DNA of 64,000 nt from Hormiphora californensis (taxonomy: Eukaryota > Animalia > Ctenophora): positions 6,882,001 through 6,946,000 of the forward strand of contig CM035353.1 of the NCBI GenBank assembly GCA_020137815.1, written 5' to 3'. Positions 61,838 to 64,000 of this stretch are shown here, piece after piece. Position 1 is the first letter of the stretch. Every line of letters starts with the position of its first letter. Under the pieces are notes generated by a model that made no database searches, was not told where the DNA came from, and worked only from the letters and a program-made list of their open reading frames with translations. Made by a program: the position numbers and the translations under genes.

Positions 61838-62066
61838 AAGTCGGATTTTTTGAAACTGTCGTTTCTCATAAATAACAAAATGTGTCATATCTCCGGTTCC
61901 TGATAAGTTAGAGACTTGAAATTTGGAGGTTCGGAAGAACTTAGCAAGATCTTCGTAACTTCCAAATTTCAAGTCTCTATCAGCTATCTCATCAGGAACC
62001 GGAGTTATGGTCATTTTAAGAAGTTTGAAAACTCTAGAAAAACGACAGTTATTTAAAATCCGACTA
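61838..62066. mobile_element. MITE with AGTCGGATTTT termini
   Basis: AGTCGGATTTTTTGAAACTGTCG ... CGACAGTTATTTAAAATCCGACT. Confidence 0.65.
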
Positions 62067-62084
62067 TACATGCATCAAGCGGAC

Positions 62085-62780
62085 CAGTTTGGTGGCCTGT
62101 TTACAGGTGCACGCTTCCAAAAAAGTTGATTCACTAAATGGCTCCTACCACCAAACCACTCAACCGTTTTCGCTAATTTAAAGTTTATCCGGTAGGAAAT
62201 GTCAAGGCCTAACCCCAACCCAAACTCCAGCCCTAACCGTTTGTCAGCACTCACCAAACACCCAGATTTTAACGCTGGCCCTTTTTTGCTTCCGATTTTT
62301 GGTTCCGATTTTTAACGATCATTTCCGGTTAAAGTACGCGCACCAGACTCATGCAGCGCATAATTGGACTGCGCGCGCGGTTTATTTTGATGCAAAATTC
62401 ACAATTCAGTTTTTTTAAATTTTTCTGAAGTCTTTTTTAATTTTTCAAGTTTTTTTAAAGCGCTGAACTTTGTGGGCTGAAAAGTGCTGCCTTTCCCCGC
62501 GCTGCCAGCAGCGTTTGCCAACTTTGTGGGCGCAGTTAAGATCTGGATGTTTGGTGGCGTGTTTACAGGTTGAAGTTTACAGGCTTACAAAATACAAAGG
62601 AGTTGATTCACTAAAATGGCTTTAACCGCCAAAGCACTCAACCGTTTTGAGCTTTGCCCTTTGGCTCAACGGTTCAAAGTTTATCTGGTAGGAAATGTCT
62701 AGACCTAACCCCAATCCAAACCCCAACCCTAACTCTAACCCTACTTTAGCCCTAACCCTAAAAATCGCTGGCCGAACTTT
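62085..62780. repeat. Two diverged ~200-bp direct copies with CCTAAC/CCCAAC hexamers
   Basis: 62085-62240 resembles 62545-62770 (GTTGATTCACTAAA...CACTCAACCGTTTT...GGTAGGAAATGTC...CCTAACCCCAA). Confidence 0.6.
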
Positions 62781-63182
62781 GTTTGAAAGCGCTGCATTAT
62801 CCCGCGATAGGTGGTGATTGTGGTGAGCTGTAAAAACGGACAATTATTGAGCAGACTATTCACTATAAATTTATATTTTCATTTTTGTATAAATATTCAG
62901 GTCTGCACCGCGTTACCTGTTTTAACCAAACACAGCACAGAACAGGGGCTTGTGCCCTGTAGCATATACCAACCATGCCACTACTATTTTTTACTAGAAT
63001 ATGAGGAGTTGTTTAGTGAGAGGCACTCGATTGTGGGGTCGATTTCCACGTTTTTCCACCTTCGAAAATCGCCTTCCAGAGGCCACGGTGAAACAACCTC
63101 CTGATTCAACTATTTCTCAAGGTAGTTCAACTCTCAGCCTTGTATCACTTTCATTGGTGTATGGTGTAAGAGCGGGACGAAG

Positions 63183-63427
63183 TACCTTACTCTCGTTAAT
63201 TAAGCTCGCATATTTCAAGAAACTTTTAAATAAGAAACTTTTTTTCTGGGAAACTACAGGTGTAAACAATCCAAAAACAAAAAGAATTTCTCCTTTATCA
63301 AGAAACTAAACAAGTTAGGGGTGTTCTATTTTGTTGTGGTGTCTCTGAATTATGTGATTCACATTTGAAAAGTTTCTTATAAAAAAGTTTCTTACTAAAG
63401 CGTTTCTTAAAAAATGAGAGTAAGGTA
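63183..63427. mobile_element. ~245-bp MITE, copy 2
   Basis: Near-identical to 51792-52036. Confidence 0.85.
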
Positions 63428-63469
63428 CATATGTGCTATATTTTCACTAATCGGAAAGAAATGTATGTC

Positions 63470-63720
63470 TCCTTTTTAGAGGTTAAACGAGACCCAGTCA
63501 CATCTGACATTGAAGATATTTTGAATAAGAAAGAAAAGATATTGGTCTCACAAGATCCACCCCAGACGGCATGCTTTGATTTGCAAGCCGTTCTCGCTTC
63601 AACAAGATCTAAGTGCAATAGCCTTGTGGAGATGGTAGGTACTTGGATATACATCTGATGTATGCTATTATCATTTATCACGGGGGCAAAGTTAAAATCT
63701 GGGTGTCTTCCATTGCTAAC
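63470..63720 (+). pseudogene. Possible degenerate DNA-transposase fragment
   Basis: TACFDLQAVLAST resembles the FDLQAVL motif of some DDE transposase relics (recall only). Confidence 0.3.
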
Positions 63721-64000
63721 TAGAGAATAAAAGTGTACTCTTTTTGCTAGCACGCACCTGTAAACAGGCTGCAAGGCACCCAGTATATAATCACGCCCCT
63801 ATTACAGGGTGTGAACTGCATGTCGTGTTTGCTAGTCGCGAGCGCGCTCGCGAGACAAGCAAACACGTCAAGGTTCATTAACAAGCATGCTGCTCAGTCA
63901 TTTTAGATTTAATACACAATGTAAGGATACCATGTAATAGGTGAGACTCTTGCCGTCACCCTCGTTCAAGTCCCGTGAAAAACGGAGCAGTACACGCAAA

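Noticed and set aside
62200-62765. CCTAAC/CCCTAA hexamers as telomere remnants
   Set aside because: Short, degenerate and embedded in dispersed repeats (also 3690-3748); not a telomeric array.

Overview
Eukaryotic (animal) genomic DNA with spliced genes and many repeats. Nested intronless genes, LDLa-GPCRs and a lineage-typical secreted domain suggest a ctenophore (inference, not verified). Main content: a gypsy-like LTR/gag at the left edge; a ~32-kb TAF4 gene (minus) whose introns hold a sulfotransferase, two LDLa-type GPCRs (one with two kringles), a 5'-truncated RNase H LINE and many MITEs; a MIPEP/M3-like gene that has lost all three zinc ligands and has a tRNA-Trp in an intron; a pentraxin-like gene start; an intronless rhodopsin-class GPCR; an ankyrin TRP channel; and an SLC22-like transporter. 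The strongest unexplained signals are more than a dozen unrelated tandem repeats built from exon-intron junctions, a perfect 201-bp direct repeat around the LINE, the catalytically dead MIPEP homolog, and three poly-G/poly-C-ended elements with 8-bp TSDs. About 48.8-50.7 kb is low-quality sequence. Exon coordinates were read by eye and are approximate.
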